Shown: positions 1 through 10,241 of the stretch, one piece after another | How the letters are laid out: the number at the start of each line of letters is the position of its first letter | How positions within the stretch are numbered: position 1 is the stretch's first letter | Source: Gemmatimonadota bacterium | GTDB taxonomy: Bacteria; Gemmatimonadota; Gemmatimonadetes; Palauibacterales; Palauibacteraceae | NCBI GenBank assembly: GCA_963666735.1 | Contig: OY762926.1 | Span: 2,400,001 to 2,464,000, forward strand | Reading direction: 5' to 3' | DNA length: 64,000 nt | Position numbers and translations under genes: made by a program | Notes under the pieces: model-generated | Seen by the model: the letters and a program-made list of their open reading frames with translations, nothing else | Databases searched by the model: none | What the model was told of the DNA's origin: nothing

Positions 1-1
1 C

Positions 2-304
2 GTGAAGGTCCGCTACAAGGACCCGGACGGCTCCGAGAGCAGGATCCTGGCGCATGCGGTCGCGGACCGCTCCCGGTCGCCTTCGCGAAGCTTCCGGTTC
101 GCCGCGGCCGTGGCGGGGTTCGGCATGCTGCTGCGGAACTCGCCCCACGCCGGACGGTTCACGCCGGATGATGTCATCTTGCTGGCGGAAGGAGGCCGGG
201 GTGACGATCCGCGGGGATATCGGGGAGAGTTCATCCGCCTCGTGGAGGCCGCGCGCGACCTGGATCTTCTCGGGACGGCAGCGGAGGAGGGCGACCAGCG
301 TTAA
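2..304 (+). CDS. C-terminal part of a VWA/YfbK-like (DUF3520) protein, 5'-truncated by window edge
   Basis: FRFAAAVAGFGMLLR...D.RGYRGEFIRLV resembles the YfbK C-terminal domain. Confidence 0.75.
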   Translation: MKVRYKDPDGSESRILAHAVADRSRSPSRSFRFAAAVAGFGMLLRNSPHAGRFTPDDVILLAEGGRGDDPRGYRGEFIRLVEAARDLDLLGTAAEEGDQR

Positions 305-388
305 CGTGGCGCCTCGTCCCCGGGCCGCGGCGCCGACGAGTGCGGTCGCGGCGGCCCGCACCGGGAGGGCGCCCCCGTTGAAGCTCAG

Positions 389-1129
389 TTGAAGCTCAAT
401 CGACGCATCTCCGGCCGGATCGAACGGCCGGCGGACAAGCGACGCTACGTGCGCCGGCTGTTCGCCGGCGTGGCCGGTCGCTACGACCTCACCAACGATG
501 TCATGTCGCTGGGTCTCCACCGCCGCTGGAAGCGTCGGCTGCTCGCCAGGGCCGACCTGCGCCCGGGCCACCGCGTCCTCGATCTCGCGGCCGGCACGGG
601 GGACCTCGCCCGGGGAGCGCTGGACCGGGCCGCGCGTGGAGCGTTCGAGATCCAGGTCGTTGCCGCCGATCTCACGCTGGAGATGATGCGGGTCGGGCGC
701 GGAAGACCGGGTCCCGACCTCGCCGGCTGGATCGGAGCCGACGCGCTTCGTCTGCCCTTCCCCGATGGCGCGTTCGACCGCGTCGTCATCGGCTACGGGC
801 TGAGGAACTTCGCCGGCCTGGACTCCGCGCTGGCCGAGAGCTTCCGCTGCCTGCGCCCGGACGGCCGGTTGATCTCACTCGATTTCGGGCACCCGCGCCC
901 TGAGGCGCTGCGCCGCATCTACCTCGGATACCTCGACGTCTCGACCCGCGTCGCGGGTTGGGCGCTTCACCGCGATCCGGAGTCCTACGTGTACATCCCC
1001 GAGTCGCTGAGGAGGTTCCCGGATCAGCGGGAGATGGTCCGCAGGATGGAAGCGGCCGGGTTCGTGGAGTGCGGCTACGAAGACCTGATGAGGGGCGCCA
1101 TGGCCGTCAATTACGGAGACCGCCGCTAG
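389..1129 (+). CDS. ubiE: UbiE/MenG ubiquinone/menaquinone C-methyltransferase
   Basis: YDLTNDVMSLGLHRRWK, SAM motif VLDLAAGTGD, DALRLPFPD, YGLRN, Y.YIPESLRRFP. Confidence 0.9.
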   Translation: MKLNRRISGRIERPADKRRYVRRLFAGVAGRYDLTNDVMSLGLHRRWKRRLLARADLRPGHRVLDLAAGTGDLARGALDRAARGAFEIQVVAADLTLEMMRVGRGRPGPDLAGWIGADALRLPFPDGAFDRVVIGYGLRNFAGLDSALAESFRCLRPDGRLISLDFGHPRPEALRRIYLGYLDVSTRVAGWALHRDPESYVYIPESLRRFPDQREMVRRMEAAGFVECGYEDLMRGAMAVNYGDRR

Positions 1130-1150
1130 TGTCGCGGCCGGATTTTCGAG

Positions 1151-1342
1151 CTAGATGTTCGGGTTGGATTCCGTCTTCCAGACGGTGAACTGGCGCTGGC
1201 CGGATTCGCTTTCCTCGAGGCGAACCTTCAACGCATCGCCATCAGCCAGTCGCATGTGGTCGCGCATCTCCAAGGGAATCGTGATACGGCCACCGCTTCC
1301 TACGGTGATGTCGCGGTAATACAGGACGCGGAAGATCGCCAT
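1151..1342 (-). CDS. AbrB/MazE/SpoVT-family small DNA-binding protein
   Basis: GRITIP.EMR..M.L..GD.L.V motif; GGAGG RBS upstream. Confidence 0.75.
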   Translation of the reverse strand: MAIFRVLYYRDITVGSGGRITIPLEMRDHMRLADGDALKVRLEESESGQRQFTVWKTESNPNI

Positions 1343-1485
1343 CTAACCTCCCATGGAGGGTGGATTCGGCAAAGCGAGGGGAATCCTCAATATGGGGATT
1401 CAGCGGCCCCGGCGGTAGACCGGTCCGCCGCACGCCCGCGGCTGCTGCTTGGCGAGGGGTGCGGGCAGTCCGTATCATCGGGGCC

Positions 1486-2436
1486 GTGAATACACCCGCC
1501 ATTCGCCTCCAGGGCGTCACGAAGCGCTTCGACAGGAAGGTCGCGGTCCGCGATCTCGACCTCGAGATCCCACGCGGATCGATCTACGGCCTTATCGGCC
1601 CGAACGGCGCCGGAAAGACCACGACACTCCGGATCATCCTCGACGTCATCGGGCCTGACGCCGGTTCGGTCGAAGTCTTCGGGTCCCCCAACGTCGAATC
1701 CATGCGCACCCGCATCGGGTATCTGCCGGAGGAGCGCGGGCTGTACCAGAAGATGACGGCGGCCGATCACCTCGCGTTCTTCGGCCAGCTCAAGGGGCTG
1801 CGCCGGAAGGAGGCGCTCGCGCGGGCCCGGGCCGGGCTGGATGCGGTCGGTCTTGGTGACCGGGCGGACGACAAGGTGGAGACCTTCTCGAAGGGGATGG
1901 CCCAGAAGGCCCAGTTTCTCGGGGTCATCCTTCACGAGCCCGACCTGCTGGTGCTCGACGAGCCCTTCAGCGGCCTCGACCCGCTGAACGTCGAACTGTT
2001 CAAGCAACTGCTGCAGGAACGACAGCGGGCCGGAGCCACGATTCTGCTCTCGACGCACCTCATCGAGGACGCCGAGCGCCTGTGCGAGCGCGTGTGCATG
2101 ATCGCCGGAGCGACCAAGGTGCTCGACGGACGGGTCCGCGACATCAAGGCCGCGGCGGGGCGGCGCGACATCGCGCTGTCCTTCGAGGGGAACCCCACGT
2201 TCCTCGATGCGCCGGATCTCATCGAGGACATCTCGGCGCACGGCACGTACGTGGAGGTCCGCATGGTGGAGGGGGCGGACCCCCAGGCCCTGCTGCGGCA
2301 GGCCGTGGAGAGCGGCGCCCTGATCTCGCGCTTCGAACTGATCGAACCGTCGCTGCGCCAGATATTCATCGAGAAGGCCACGGAGGCCGGGCTCTCGCAC
2401 GAGGACGAGAGTGACGATGACGAGGCGGCGGCATGA
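1486..2436 (+). CDS. ABC exporter ATP-binding subunit (NatA/YhaQ-like)
   Basis: Walker A GPNGAGKT, FSKGM signature, LLVLDEP; GTG start at 1486 chosen over the longer ORF start. Confidence 0.9.
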   Translation: MNTPAIRLQGVTKRFDRKVAVRDLDLEIPRGSIYGLIGPNGAGKTTTLRIILDVIGPDAGSVEVFGSPNVESMRTRIGYLPEERGLYQKMTAADHLAFFGQLKGLRRKEALARARAGLDAVGLGDRADDKVETFSKGMAQKAQFLGVILHEPDLLVLDEPFSGLDPLNVELFKQLLQERQRAGATILLSTHLIEDAERLCERVCMIAGATKVLDGRVRDIKAAAGRRDIALSFEGNPTFLDAPDLIEDISAHGTYVEVRMVEGADPQALLRQAVESGALISRFELIEPSLRQIFIEKATEAGLSHEDESDDDEAAA

Positions 2437-3758
2437 ATCCGTTCACGCCGAGGGTGGCGACGGTGGTCCGCCGCGAGTTCATGATGCGCGTGAAGTCCAA
2501 GTGGTTTCTCATATCCACGCTGGGCCTCCCCGTTCTGATCGTCGGGCTCGGCGCGCTCTCCGCTTTCCTCGCGGTGAGGGGGGCGACGGATGCGGGCGAG
2601 GAGCGCAGGGTCATCGGGGTCGCCGATCCCGCCGGGCTGATCGGCGACCTCGTCGTTGAAGAGTTTCTCGCCGACGGGCTCGACGCCGTGCGCGCCGAGG
2701 ACATGGAGGAGTTCTCGATCGACGAGGCGCGGGCGCGGCTCTCCGACACCTCGTACGACCTGCTGCTGATGATCCCGAGGAGTGCGGGCCGGCGCTCTGC
2801 GGAGATGCCGGGGGAGACGCCGGACGCGGACGGGGGGGACCAGGAGGAGACGACGCTGCTCGCGCGGGCCAGCGTTCCGTCCGTCATCGAAGGTTCGGTC
2901 CGGGGGGCACTTCAGAGGGCATCGGTACGGGCGCGCCTGCGCTCCATCGGCGTGCAGAGCATCGATCCGGGCGCGCTGCTCCAACGGACTTCCTTCGAGG
3001 TCGTGAACGTGACGGAATCCGGAGAGGCGCGATCCCAGGACGTCTACCGGATGCTGAGCTTCGCCATCGCCTTCTTCTTCTACTTCATCCTGCTCATCTA
3101 CGGGCAGATGATCGTGCGGGCGATCCTGGAGGAGAAGCAGTCGGACATCGTCGAGATCATGGTCTCGTCCCTTCGCCCGTGGGAACTGATGCTGGGGAAG
3201 ATCGTCGGCGTCGGGGCGGTGGGCGTTGCGCAGATGGCCGTCTGGGCGCTGATCTTCGCGCTCGCGGCGGTCTACGGCCTCACGGCCGGAGCAACCACGC
3301 TTGCCGAGGCGGGGATCGACATCGCGAACATCCCGATCCCGTGGGGCACGCTCGTGCTGATGCTCTGCTTCCTCGTTTTCGGGTATCTGCTCTACGCGGG
3401 GATGTTCGCGGGCGCCGGCGCGACAATCAGCAACGAACACGATGCCCAGCAGGCGATACTCCCCGTCATGATGCTGATCATCCTTCCCTTCATCGCGACG
3501 CAGGGCGTGATCCAGAGCCCGAACGCCGGTTGGGGCGTCATCCTCTCCCTCGTGCCGTTCTTCAGTCCGCTGGTGATGCCGGCGCGACTGTTCGCCACTT
3601 CGGTCCCGGTGTGGCAGTGGCTCGTGTCGCTGGTGCTGCTGGGAGTGTTCGTCCTCGGGGCGGCGTGGGTCGCGGGCCGCATCTTCCGGGTCGGGATTCT
3701 GATGAAGGGCCAGCGCGCCAACCTGCCGCAGGTGCTGCGGTGGATACGCCACGGCTAG
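2433..3758 (+). CDS. ABC-2 type permease (NatB/YhaP-like)
   Basis: EEKQSDIVEIMVSS, LM.GKI.G, SLVPFFSP; ATGA overlap with ATPase gene. Confidence 0.9.
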   Translation: MNPFTPRVATVVRREFMMRVKSKWFLISTLGLPVLIVGLGALSAFLAVRGATDAGEERRVIGVADPAGLIGDLVVEEFLADGLDAVRAEDMEEFSIDEARARLSDTSYDLLLMIPRSAGRRSAEMPGETPDADGGDQEETTLLARASVPSVIEGSVRGALQRASVRARLRSIGVQSIDPGALLQRTSFEVVNVTESGEARSQDVYRMLSFAIAFFFYFILLIYGQMIVRAILEEKQSDIVEIMVSSLRPWELMLGKIVGVGAVGVAQMAVWALIFALAAVYGLTAGATTLAEAGIDIANIPIPWGTLVLMLCFLVFGYLLYAGMFAGAGATISNEHDAQQAILPVMMLIILPFIATQGVIQSPNAGWGVILSLVPFFSPLVMPARLFATSVPVWQWLVSLVLLGVFVLGAAWVAGRIFRVGILMKGQRANLPQVLRWIRHG

Positions 3759-4597
3759 CCGGCCGTGACAGAAGCGCGCGGCGAACCTCCTTCGCCGTCC
3801 TCTTGGCCCTCGGCGGCGGACTGTGCGCCGGGGCGTGCGGGACCGACGCGGACGCCTTCGTGCTCGGCGCCACGACGTCCACCTACGATTCGGGTCTGCT
3901 CGAACACCTGATCGCCCGCTTCAACGAAGACCACCCCGGACTCCGGGTGCGCACGGTCATCGCCGGGAGCGGCGAAGCGCTGGAACTCGGTCGCACGGGA
4001 GACGTGGATCTCCTGCTCGTGCACGCTCCCGAAGCCGAGGCCCGCTTCATCGAGGCGGGGCACGCGCCACGGCGGCATCCCGTCCTCTTCAACGAATACG
4101 TGGTCGCCGGCCCGCCCTCGGATCCGGCGCGGATTCGGGGATCCGCATCCCCGTCCGAGGCGTTCGCGACCCTCGCGCGGGGGGGGCACGGCTTCGTCTC
4201 GCGCGGCGACAGTTCGGGCACGCACTACCGCGAGATCGCCCTGTGGCGCGAGGCGGGCGTGGCCGGCGGCGGCACGGGGTACGTCGAGTCCGGGCAGGGA
4301 CAGGCCACGACGCTGCACGTGGCCAGCGAACGCGGCGCCTACGTCCTCACGGACGACGCGACGCTCGCGATGCTGTCGGAGGTGCTCGGCCTGGCCGCGC
4401 TCGTCGAGGATCACCCGTCGCTGCGCAACGTCTACTCGCTGCTGGCGCCACGAGCCGCGATCCGGCCCGAGCGCGCCGTGGTCTTCGCGGACTGGCTGCG
4501 CTCCGGCGACGGACGCCGCGCCATCGGGGAATTCCGGGTGCGCGGCGGCCCCGAGGCGCTGTTCGCCCCGTGGCCCGGCGACGATCCGCCAAACTAG
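3740..4597 (+). CDS. tupA: Tungstate ABC transporter substrate-binding lipoprotein
   Basis: ATTSTYDSGLL, DLLLVHAP, FVSRGDSSGTH TupA motifs; lipobox-like AGAC; start codon inferred. Confidence 0.85.
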   Translation: MDTPRLAGRDRSARRTSFAVLLALGGGLCAGACGTDADAFVLGATTSTYDSGLLEHLIARFNEDHPGLRVRTVIAGSGEALELGRTGDVDLLLVHAPEAEARFIEAGHAPRRHPVLFNEYVVAGPPSDPARIRGSASPSEAFATLARGGHGFVSRGDSSGTHYREIALWREAGVAGGGTGYVESGQGQATTLHVASERGAYVLTDDATLAMLSEVLGLAALVEDHPSLRNVYSLLAPRAAIRPERAVVFADWLRSGDGRRAIGEFRVRGGPEALFAPWPGDDPPN

Positions 4598-4606
4598 ATT
4601 CGGCGC

Positions 4607-5305
4607 GTGGATCCGCTGCTCGAGGCTCTCCGGCTCATCACGTCGGGTGACCTGTACGTCTGGAACGTCATCTTCCGCTCTCTGCAGATCAGCGGATCGG
4701 CGCTCCTCCTGGCGATGGTCATCGGACTCCCCATCGGGATCGCGGTCGGGCTGACGCGATTCCGGCTTCGCCTGCCCGTGGTCGCGGTCATCAACGCGGG
4801 TCTCGCCTTCCCGCCCGTCGTGGTCGGCCTCGGAGTCTTCCTCTTTCTGTCGCGGGCCGGCCCGCTCGGCGACCTGCAACTGCTCTACACGCCGGCCGCC
4901 ATGATCGGCGCCCAGGCGATCCTCGCCGGCCCCTACATCGCGGCGGTGAGCCTCGCCGCGGTGGAGAACATCCCCCGGGACATCTCGCTTCAGGCGCGGG
5001 CGCTCGGCGCGAGCCGGCGGCGGGCCATCCTCCTGCAGCTGAGGGAGGTGCGGACGTCGCTCGTGGCCGCGGTGGCGGCGGGGTTCGGGGCCATCATCAG
5101 CGAGGTGGGCGCGGTGATGATGGTGGGGGGCAACATCCTCGGAGAAACCCGGGTGATGACGACCGCGATCGTGCTGGAGACGCGGCGCGGCAACTTCGAC
5201 GTCGCGATCGCCATGGGGATCGTACTCATGCTCCTCGCCCTCTGTGTGAACGCGGCGCTCCTCCTGCTCGGCCGGCGCACGATCCGCCGCGGCCAGGTCG
5301 CGTGA
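4607..5305 (+). CDS. tupB: Tungstate ABC transporter permease
   Basis: PPVVVGL, SRAGPLG, ISEVGAVMMVGGNI.GETRVMTTAIVLET. Confidence 0.9.
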   Translation: MDPLLEALRLITSGDLYVWNVIFRSLQISGSALLLAMVIGLPIGIAVGLTRFRLRLPVVAVINAGLAFPPVVVGLGVFLFLSRAGPLGDLQLLYTPAAMIGAQAILAGPYIAAVSLAAVENIPRDISLQARALGASRRRAILLQLREVRTSLVAAVAAGFGAIISEVGAVMMVGGNILGETRVMTTAIVLETRRGNFDVAIAMGIVLMLLALCVNAALLLLGRRTIRRGQVA

Positions 5306-6429
5306 ACGCCCAAGCCGGACCGCTGCTCGGCGGCGCCGGCCTGCGCCGGGTCTACGGCGGGAGGACGGCCGTCGAGGTGGACCGCATCGAACTGCGCGAG
5401 GGCGAGATGCTCGCGGTGTTCGGGCCGAACGGGGCCGGGAAGTCCACGCTGCTGCGCCTGCTCGCCATGCTGGAGAAGCCCGACGCCGGAGAGGTCACGT
5501 TCCGCGGCGGGTCGGGGCGGGCGGCCGAGCGAGCGCTCCGGGCCGCGTCCGCCGTCGTGTTCCAACGCCCTCACTTCTGGAGCGATTCCGTCGAGTACAA
5601 CGTCGGGCTCGGCCTGGCCCTGCGCGGCGTGCCCCGCCCCGAAGCTCGCGCGCGCTCGCGCGCCGTGTGCGAGCAACTCGCGATCTCGCACCTGCTGGGA
5701 GCCCCGATATCGCGGTTGTCCGGAGGAGAGGCACAGCGCGTGGCACTCGCGCGGGCGCTGGTGCTCGACCCCGAGATCCTCTTCCTCGACGAGCCGACGG
5801 CGAACCTGGACACCGATTCGCGGCTCGACCTCCGTCACGACCTGGAGCGGGTGGCCCGGGAACGGGCGACGAGCGTCTTTCTCATCACTCACGACCGGGG
5901 CGAGGCCTTCCACCTCGCGGATCGGGTCGCCGTGATCCGGGACGGGAAGCTGGTCCAGACGGGTACGCCGAAGGAAATCTACGAGAACCCCGCCGATGTC
6001 TACACGGCGCGCGTCACCGGGGCGGAGTTCACGATCTCCGGCGTCGTGACGCGGGCGCACGAGCGCATGGTCACCGCCGACATCGGGGGCGCTTCGCTCG
6101 TGGCCCAGGGCGAAGCGGTCCCGGGCACGCCGGTGAAGATCGCCTATCGGCCGGAAGATCTCGTTCTCGGACCCCCGGACGTCCCCCCGGCGGACCTGAG
6201 TACGCGCAACCTCGTCGTGGCGACCGTGGAGGAACGGCGCGACATGGGCGGGCTCGTGCGGCTGCGGCTCCGCGGCCCCGTCGAACTCGTGGCCCTCGTC
6301 ACGCTCGACGCCGCGGAGGAACTCGGCGTCGACCCCGGAGTGCGCGTGGCCGTGCGCGCGAAGGCCACCGCGCTGCATGCGTTCGCGGCGGCCCCGCCGG
6401 CCCCGACGCTCTCCGACCCGGACGGCTAG
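5302..6429 (+). CDS. tupC: Tungstate ABC transporter ATPase with C-terminal TOBE domain
   Basis: GPNGAGKST, LSGGEAQR, LFLDEPTANLD; TOBE-like tail; operon with tupAB. Confidence 0.85.
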   Translation: MNAQAGPLLGGAGLRRVYGGRTAVEVDRIELREGEMLAVFGPNGAGKSTLLRLLAMLEKPDAGEVTFRGGSGRAAERALRAASAVVFQRPHFWSDSVEYNVGLGLALRGVPRPEARARSRAVCEQLAISHLLGAPISRLSGGEAQRVALARALVLDPEILFLDEPTANLDTDSRLDLRHDLERVARERATSVFLITHDRGEAFHLADRVAVIRDGKLVQTGTPKEIYENPADVYTARVTGAEFTISGVVTRAHERMVTADIGGASLVAQGEAVPGTPVKIAYRPEDLVLGPPDVPPADLSTRNLVVATVEERRDMGGLVRLRLRGPVELVALVTLDAAEELGVDPGVRVAVRAKATALHAFAAAPPAPTLSDPDG

Positions 6430-7658
6430 CCCGAACGCCGCCGGATTCCGGGGCCCGTCCAGATGACGATGGCTCCGCAGCGCCCCACGGCCCCGCCGAA
6501 CTCGGCCGGCAGCTCACTCGGACCGCGATAGACTTCGATCCCGGCGATCTCGGACGTCGAGACGAAGTTGTCGATCGATTCGCCGCCCCCGCCGTCGCGG
6601 ATCACGCGCACGCCGTCCAGGTAGACGTTCGCATTCCGGCACCCGTATTCGGCGCGGTTCCTCAGGCTGGGCACGCCCCGCGTCATGCGGATGATGCAGT
6701 TGTTGTTGGCGCCTCCGGTGCACTCGGTGCGCACCCCCGGAATCCGTCCCAGGTAGTGCGTCACGCGGATCGCGCCGGCGTCGTGGATGTCGTCCCGCGT
6801 GAGGAATACTCCGGCGCCGATCGCCTCGCCCAGTTCGCGCCGGTCGTAGAACCCCTGCAACTCCAGTCGTTTCTCACGCAACGCCGTGACGACGATCGGC
6901 GCGAGTTCGATCGGGTCCGCGCTGAGTTCGAAATCCACCTGCACCGTTCGGTCGCTCGGGAGGTGCACCAACTGGTCCAGGGGATCGAAGGTGATGTGAT
7001 CCACGGCCACCCGGTACATGCCCGGATCGAGGTCGGTGAACATGAAGCGGCCGCTGCCATCGGTCATTCTCTGCCGGTCCTCCGCCAACAGCGTGTCCGA
7101 GAGCATGATGCTCGCCGCTTCGACGGGACGACGGGAACGCCGATCGACCACCCGACCCACGATTCGGCCGGGCACGGTGAGCAGACTGGCGAGCGCGCCT
7201 TCCTCCACGCCCACGAGGATGTCCCACCCGGCGGGGGGGCCGGGTGCGATGTTCACCTGCGCCGGCTCCGTGCGGAAGGACGGAAACCTCGCGCTCACCG
7301 TGACATCCTTCAGGGGCGGAAGGCCGCAGAGGACGTACACGCCCGCGTTGTCCGCCTCCACGGAGATGGTGCGCCGCTGTCCTTCGTCTTCGGTCCAGGT
7401 CGCGGAGACGGTGGCCCCGGGAATGAGGATGCCTTGGAGCGTATCGCGGACGATGCCCGCAAGACCCGTGAGGGACGGATCCATATCCGCCGGACACGTC
7501 ACGATGCTACGGGAGGGGGTGAGGGGCGGGCCCTGAGCGGCCAGGCGAGATCCGGCCGACAGCAGGATGGCGGCTCCCGCCAGAGCGAAGGACGCGGCCC
7601 GGTAAACGGCCCTGCTCCGCGCCCGCGCCTCCGAACGATCCTCTCGATGTGTTCGCAT
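6426..7658 (-). CDS. Exported carboxypeptidase-regulatory-like domain protein with TonB-plug-like C-terminus, no beta-barrel
   Basis: Signal peptide ending AAQ; two G.VRD/G.VVD...PGATV/PVEAA domains; GFYDRR; VYLDG...IAGIEVYRGPSELP...CGAIVIWT. Confidence 0.75.
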   Translation of the reverse strand: MRTHREDRSEARARSRAVYRAASFALAGAAILLSAGSRLAAQGPPLTPSRSIVTCPADMDPSLTGLAGIVRDTLQGILIPGATVSATWTEDEGQRRTISVEADNAGVYVLCGLPPLKDVTVSARFPSFRTEPAQVNIAPGPPAGWDILVGVEEGALASLLTVPGRIVGRVVDRRSRRPVEAASIMLSDTLLAEDRQRMTDGSGRFMFTDLDPGMYRVAVDHITFDPLDQLVHLPSDRTVQVDFELSADPIELAPIVVTALREKRLELQGFYDRRELGEAIGAGVFLTRDDIHDAGAIRVTHYLGRIPGVRTECTGGANNNCIIRMTRGVPSLRNRAEYGCRNANVYLDGVRVIRDGGGGESIDNFVSTSEIAGIEVYRGPSELPAEFGGAVGRCGAIVIWTGPGIRRRSG

Positions 7659-7845
7659 CCTGCGGTCTCCGCCGCTACGTCGCCAAGCCACGCATGGAAA
7701 GTAATGCCAGCGCGCAGCGCGCACACGACGCGCGCCGGACCGCCGCCGCGAAGAACCTGCGGGGATTAGCGACGGGCGATGGTATTGCGAGACCCTACCG
7801 GACGCTGTCACTCTTTCGAAGGTTCTTCGGCTGCGGAGTCTCATC

Positions 7846-8298
7846 TTGCAAATCGTGCGAAACCGGCAAGCTCGCTGCGCAATTGGCGTCGTTGGTGTCC
7901 TTCTCGGACTGTCCGGCTGCCTGAATCTGGGGGTCGGACTCTCCCCGACCGTCGGGAACATGCTCTCGTCCGTCGTCAGCGAGGGATCCGCCCTGCCCGA
8001 GTTCGCGCGCGCCGCCGGGGGGCCCGGGTCCATGCGAGTCTCGGGCCAGATCGTGGGCCGGCTGCGGTGCGATTACGTGTCCCCCGACCTGCGGGAGGTC
8101 GACGGAGGACTGGAACTGTCCATCACGATCGTGTCGGGCCGGCAGGGCTGCAACAGTCTGACGCCTTCGACGCTGTCCTACGTGGCGAACATCTACAACG
8201 TCGAGCCCGGATCCTGGTCGATTCTCGTGGAGCATCGCTACGAAGGCGTGGAGGGCATACCCGGCGAGCGTCTGTACGACGTCGTCACGGTAAACTAG
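7846..8298 (+). CDS. Hypothetical lipoprotein
   Basis: Lipobox LSGC after hydrophobic stretch; GC3-biased codons. Confidence 0.65.
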   Translation: MQIVRNRQARCAIGVVGVLLGLSGCLNLGVGLSPTVGNMLSSVVSEGSALPEFARAAGGPGSMRVSGQIVGRLRCDYVSPDLREVDGGLELSITIVSGRQGCNSLTPSTLSYVANIYNVEPGSWSILVEHRYEGVEGIPGERLYDVVTVN

Positions 8299-8323
8299 CT
8301 GCCGAAAGCTCCCCTCCGAGGCA

Positions 8324-8593
8324 TCACTCCAGGGGAGCGGAGCGGGAATGGAGCCCGAGAAGATCCGCGTCGCTCATGCCGGCCAGGGCGCGCGTCGCCT
8401 CGGCCACGCTGCGGCTCTCGTGCGACAGCCAGCGCGGCGGCTCGAAGGGGTCCTCAAGGCAGACGAAATAGATGCGGGCCGCTTGGGGCGTATTCGGCTG
8501 GCCACCCGAGACATAGGCTTCCCAGCGAACCATCCCTCCGTCGAGGAACGTGCGGGAGAGCGCCTTCTTCGGATCCACCCTCGCGGCGCTCAC
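8324..8593 (-). CDS. Small hypothetical protein
   Basis: 3' part of the 271-aa ORF; GTG start overlaps upstream stop (GTGA); resembles neighbour 8590-8880. Confidence 0.6.
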   Translation of the reverse strand: MSAARVDPKKALSRTFLDGGMVRWEAYVSGGQPNTPQAARIYFVCLEDPFEPPRWLSHESRSVAEATRALAGMSDADLLGLHSRSAPLE

Positions 8594-8880
8594 ACCTTCA
8601 CCGAGCGTGCGAGCAGTTCGCGGAGTCCCACCTCGTTCATTTCGGCCACGGCCTCCTTCGGCACCTTGGAGATGCCCGGCGGCGCCTGGTTGTAGCGCTG
8701 CGGAATGGTGATGTCGTCCTGGTTCCGGAACATCACGAGCAGCCGGGGCGACTGTTGCGTGGTGCCGGAGAAGATGGAGAACTCGGCCTCCCAGGTGGCC
8801 CCGGATTCGCTCTTGAACCGGGTTCGGGCGCTGTCCGCGGCCCCATCCATCCGGAAGATCAGTTTCTTCAGAAGCGACAT
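8590..8880 (-). CDS. Small hypothetical protein
   Basis: 96-aa ORF with host-like codon usage, coupled to the next gene. Confidence 0.65.
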   Translation of the reverse strand: MSLLKKLIFRMDGAADSARTRFKSESGATWEAEFSIFSGTTQQSPRLLVMFRNQDDITIPQRYNQAPPGISKVPKEAVAEMNEVGLRELLARSVKV

Positions 8881-9062
8881 GTGTGCGCCGGTTGGTGCGT
8901 TTGCGTGAAACCGTTGGACGTCGGCGCCGGGACACTAGGCGAGTCGGGCGCGACCCGCCAGCCTGAAGGGTTCCGATGCGGACGCGAAGCTGCGAGTTTG
9001 CATCGGATTCGATGCCCGGCTGGTGGTTTTTCCGCCCCCGCCGGCCACGCAAGGAGAACGTC

Positions 9063-10241
9063 ATGCCGGCCCACCATCGCTCGTCCCGCGTCTCGGCGCC
9101 GCGCCGCCCGTACCCCGCGACGATCGTCTTCCTTCTCACCGTCCTCCTCCTTCCGTCCGCGGCGGCCGGTCAGGACGCGGACGTCATCGATGCCTTTTCC
9201 CGGCAGATCGCATCGGATGTCGCAGCGGACGGCATCGGCGGGATCACGGCGGCGGTCTTCAAGGGAGATCAGGTGCTGTGGGCGCAGGGGTTCGGCTGGG
9301 CCGATCCGGCCAACCGCGTGCCCGCGGGCGTGCGAACGATCTACCGCACCGGGTCGATCTCGAAGTCGGTGACGGCGATCCTGATGGCGGATCTGGCGGA
9401 GGAGGGGAAGGTCGCGCTCGATGACGCCGTCGTGGACCACCTGCCCGAGGCCGCCGGCTTCGGGGACCCGCCGGACGGCATGGCGCCGGTCACGTTCCGG
9501 CAGTTGGCCAGCCACACCGCCGGCCTCATCCGGGAGCCCGAACTCGAAGGAGCCGCGGCCGGGCCGATCGAGGACTGGGGATACAAGATCCTCGCTTCGA
9601 TCCCCCACACCCGGTTCTACACGATGCCCGGAACCCGGTATCAATACTCCAACATCGGGTACGGCGTGCTCGGTTACGCCCTGCAGCGGGCCGCCGGGAC
9701 GTCCTTCATGGACCTCGTCGAGGACCGCCTCTTCGAGCCGCTGGGGATGCGCTCCTCGACCTTCATCGTCGGCCCGGAGCTGTGGCGGCGCGTCGCGGTC
9801 GGCTTCGCGAACGGGGCCGACGGCGCCGCGGACTCCGACTTCCCGGCGCTCGAGCACGAGGGGCGCGGATACAAGGTGCCGAACGGCGGCGTTTACGCGA
9901 CCGTCGGAGATCTCGCCACGTTCGCGGCCGCGGTCATGGGGATGACCGAACACCAGCTCCTGGAGCCGGCCACCCGGCGGGAGGTCATGACGGTGCAGAC
10001 GCCCGAGGATCCCGACGCGGGGTACGGACTCGGTTTCTCGATTCGGCCTGTCGCGCTCGAAAGCGGCGCCGTGCGGTTCGTCGGCCACGGCGGTTCCGTC
10101 GCCGGGTACAACATGTACCTCGTGTTCGAACCCGAGAGCGGCTACGGCGTCGCGCTCGGCCGCAACTACAATCGCGGCGCCACCAACCTTGGCGAGGCTG
10201 GGAACGGGCTCCTCGAGGCGCTGCTCGAGGCCGGCAATTGA
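9063..10241 (+). CDS. Exported serine hydrolase, beta-lactamase-related family
   Basis: SxxK (GSISK), LASHTAG, YSN, GHGG; signal peptide; AAGGAG RBS. Confidence 0.9.
   Translation: MPAHHRSSRVSAPRRPYPATIVFLLTVLLLPSAAAGQDADVIDAFSRQIASDVAADGIGGITAAVFKGDQVLWAQGFGWADPANRVPAGVRTIYRTGSISKSVTAILMADLAEEGKVALDDAVVDHLPEAAGFGDPPDGMAPVTFRQLASHTAGLIREPELEGAAAGPIEDWGYKILASIPHTRFYTMPGTRYQYSNIGYGVLGYALQRAAGTSFMDLVEDRLFEPLGMRSSTFIVGPELWRRVAVGFANGADGAADSDFPALEHEGRGYKVPNGGVYATVGDLATFAAAVMGMTEHQLLEPATRREVMTVQTPEDPDAGYGLGFSIRPVALESGAVRFVGHGGSVAGYNMYLVFEPESGYGVALGRNYNRGATNLGEAGNGLLEALLEAGN

Noticed and set aside
9063..10241. Antibiotic-resistance beta-lactamase regulated by the BlaI/BlaR1 pair
   Set aside because: Generic serine hydrolase 12 kb away; the BlaR1-like protein has no penicillin-binding sensor domain.
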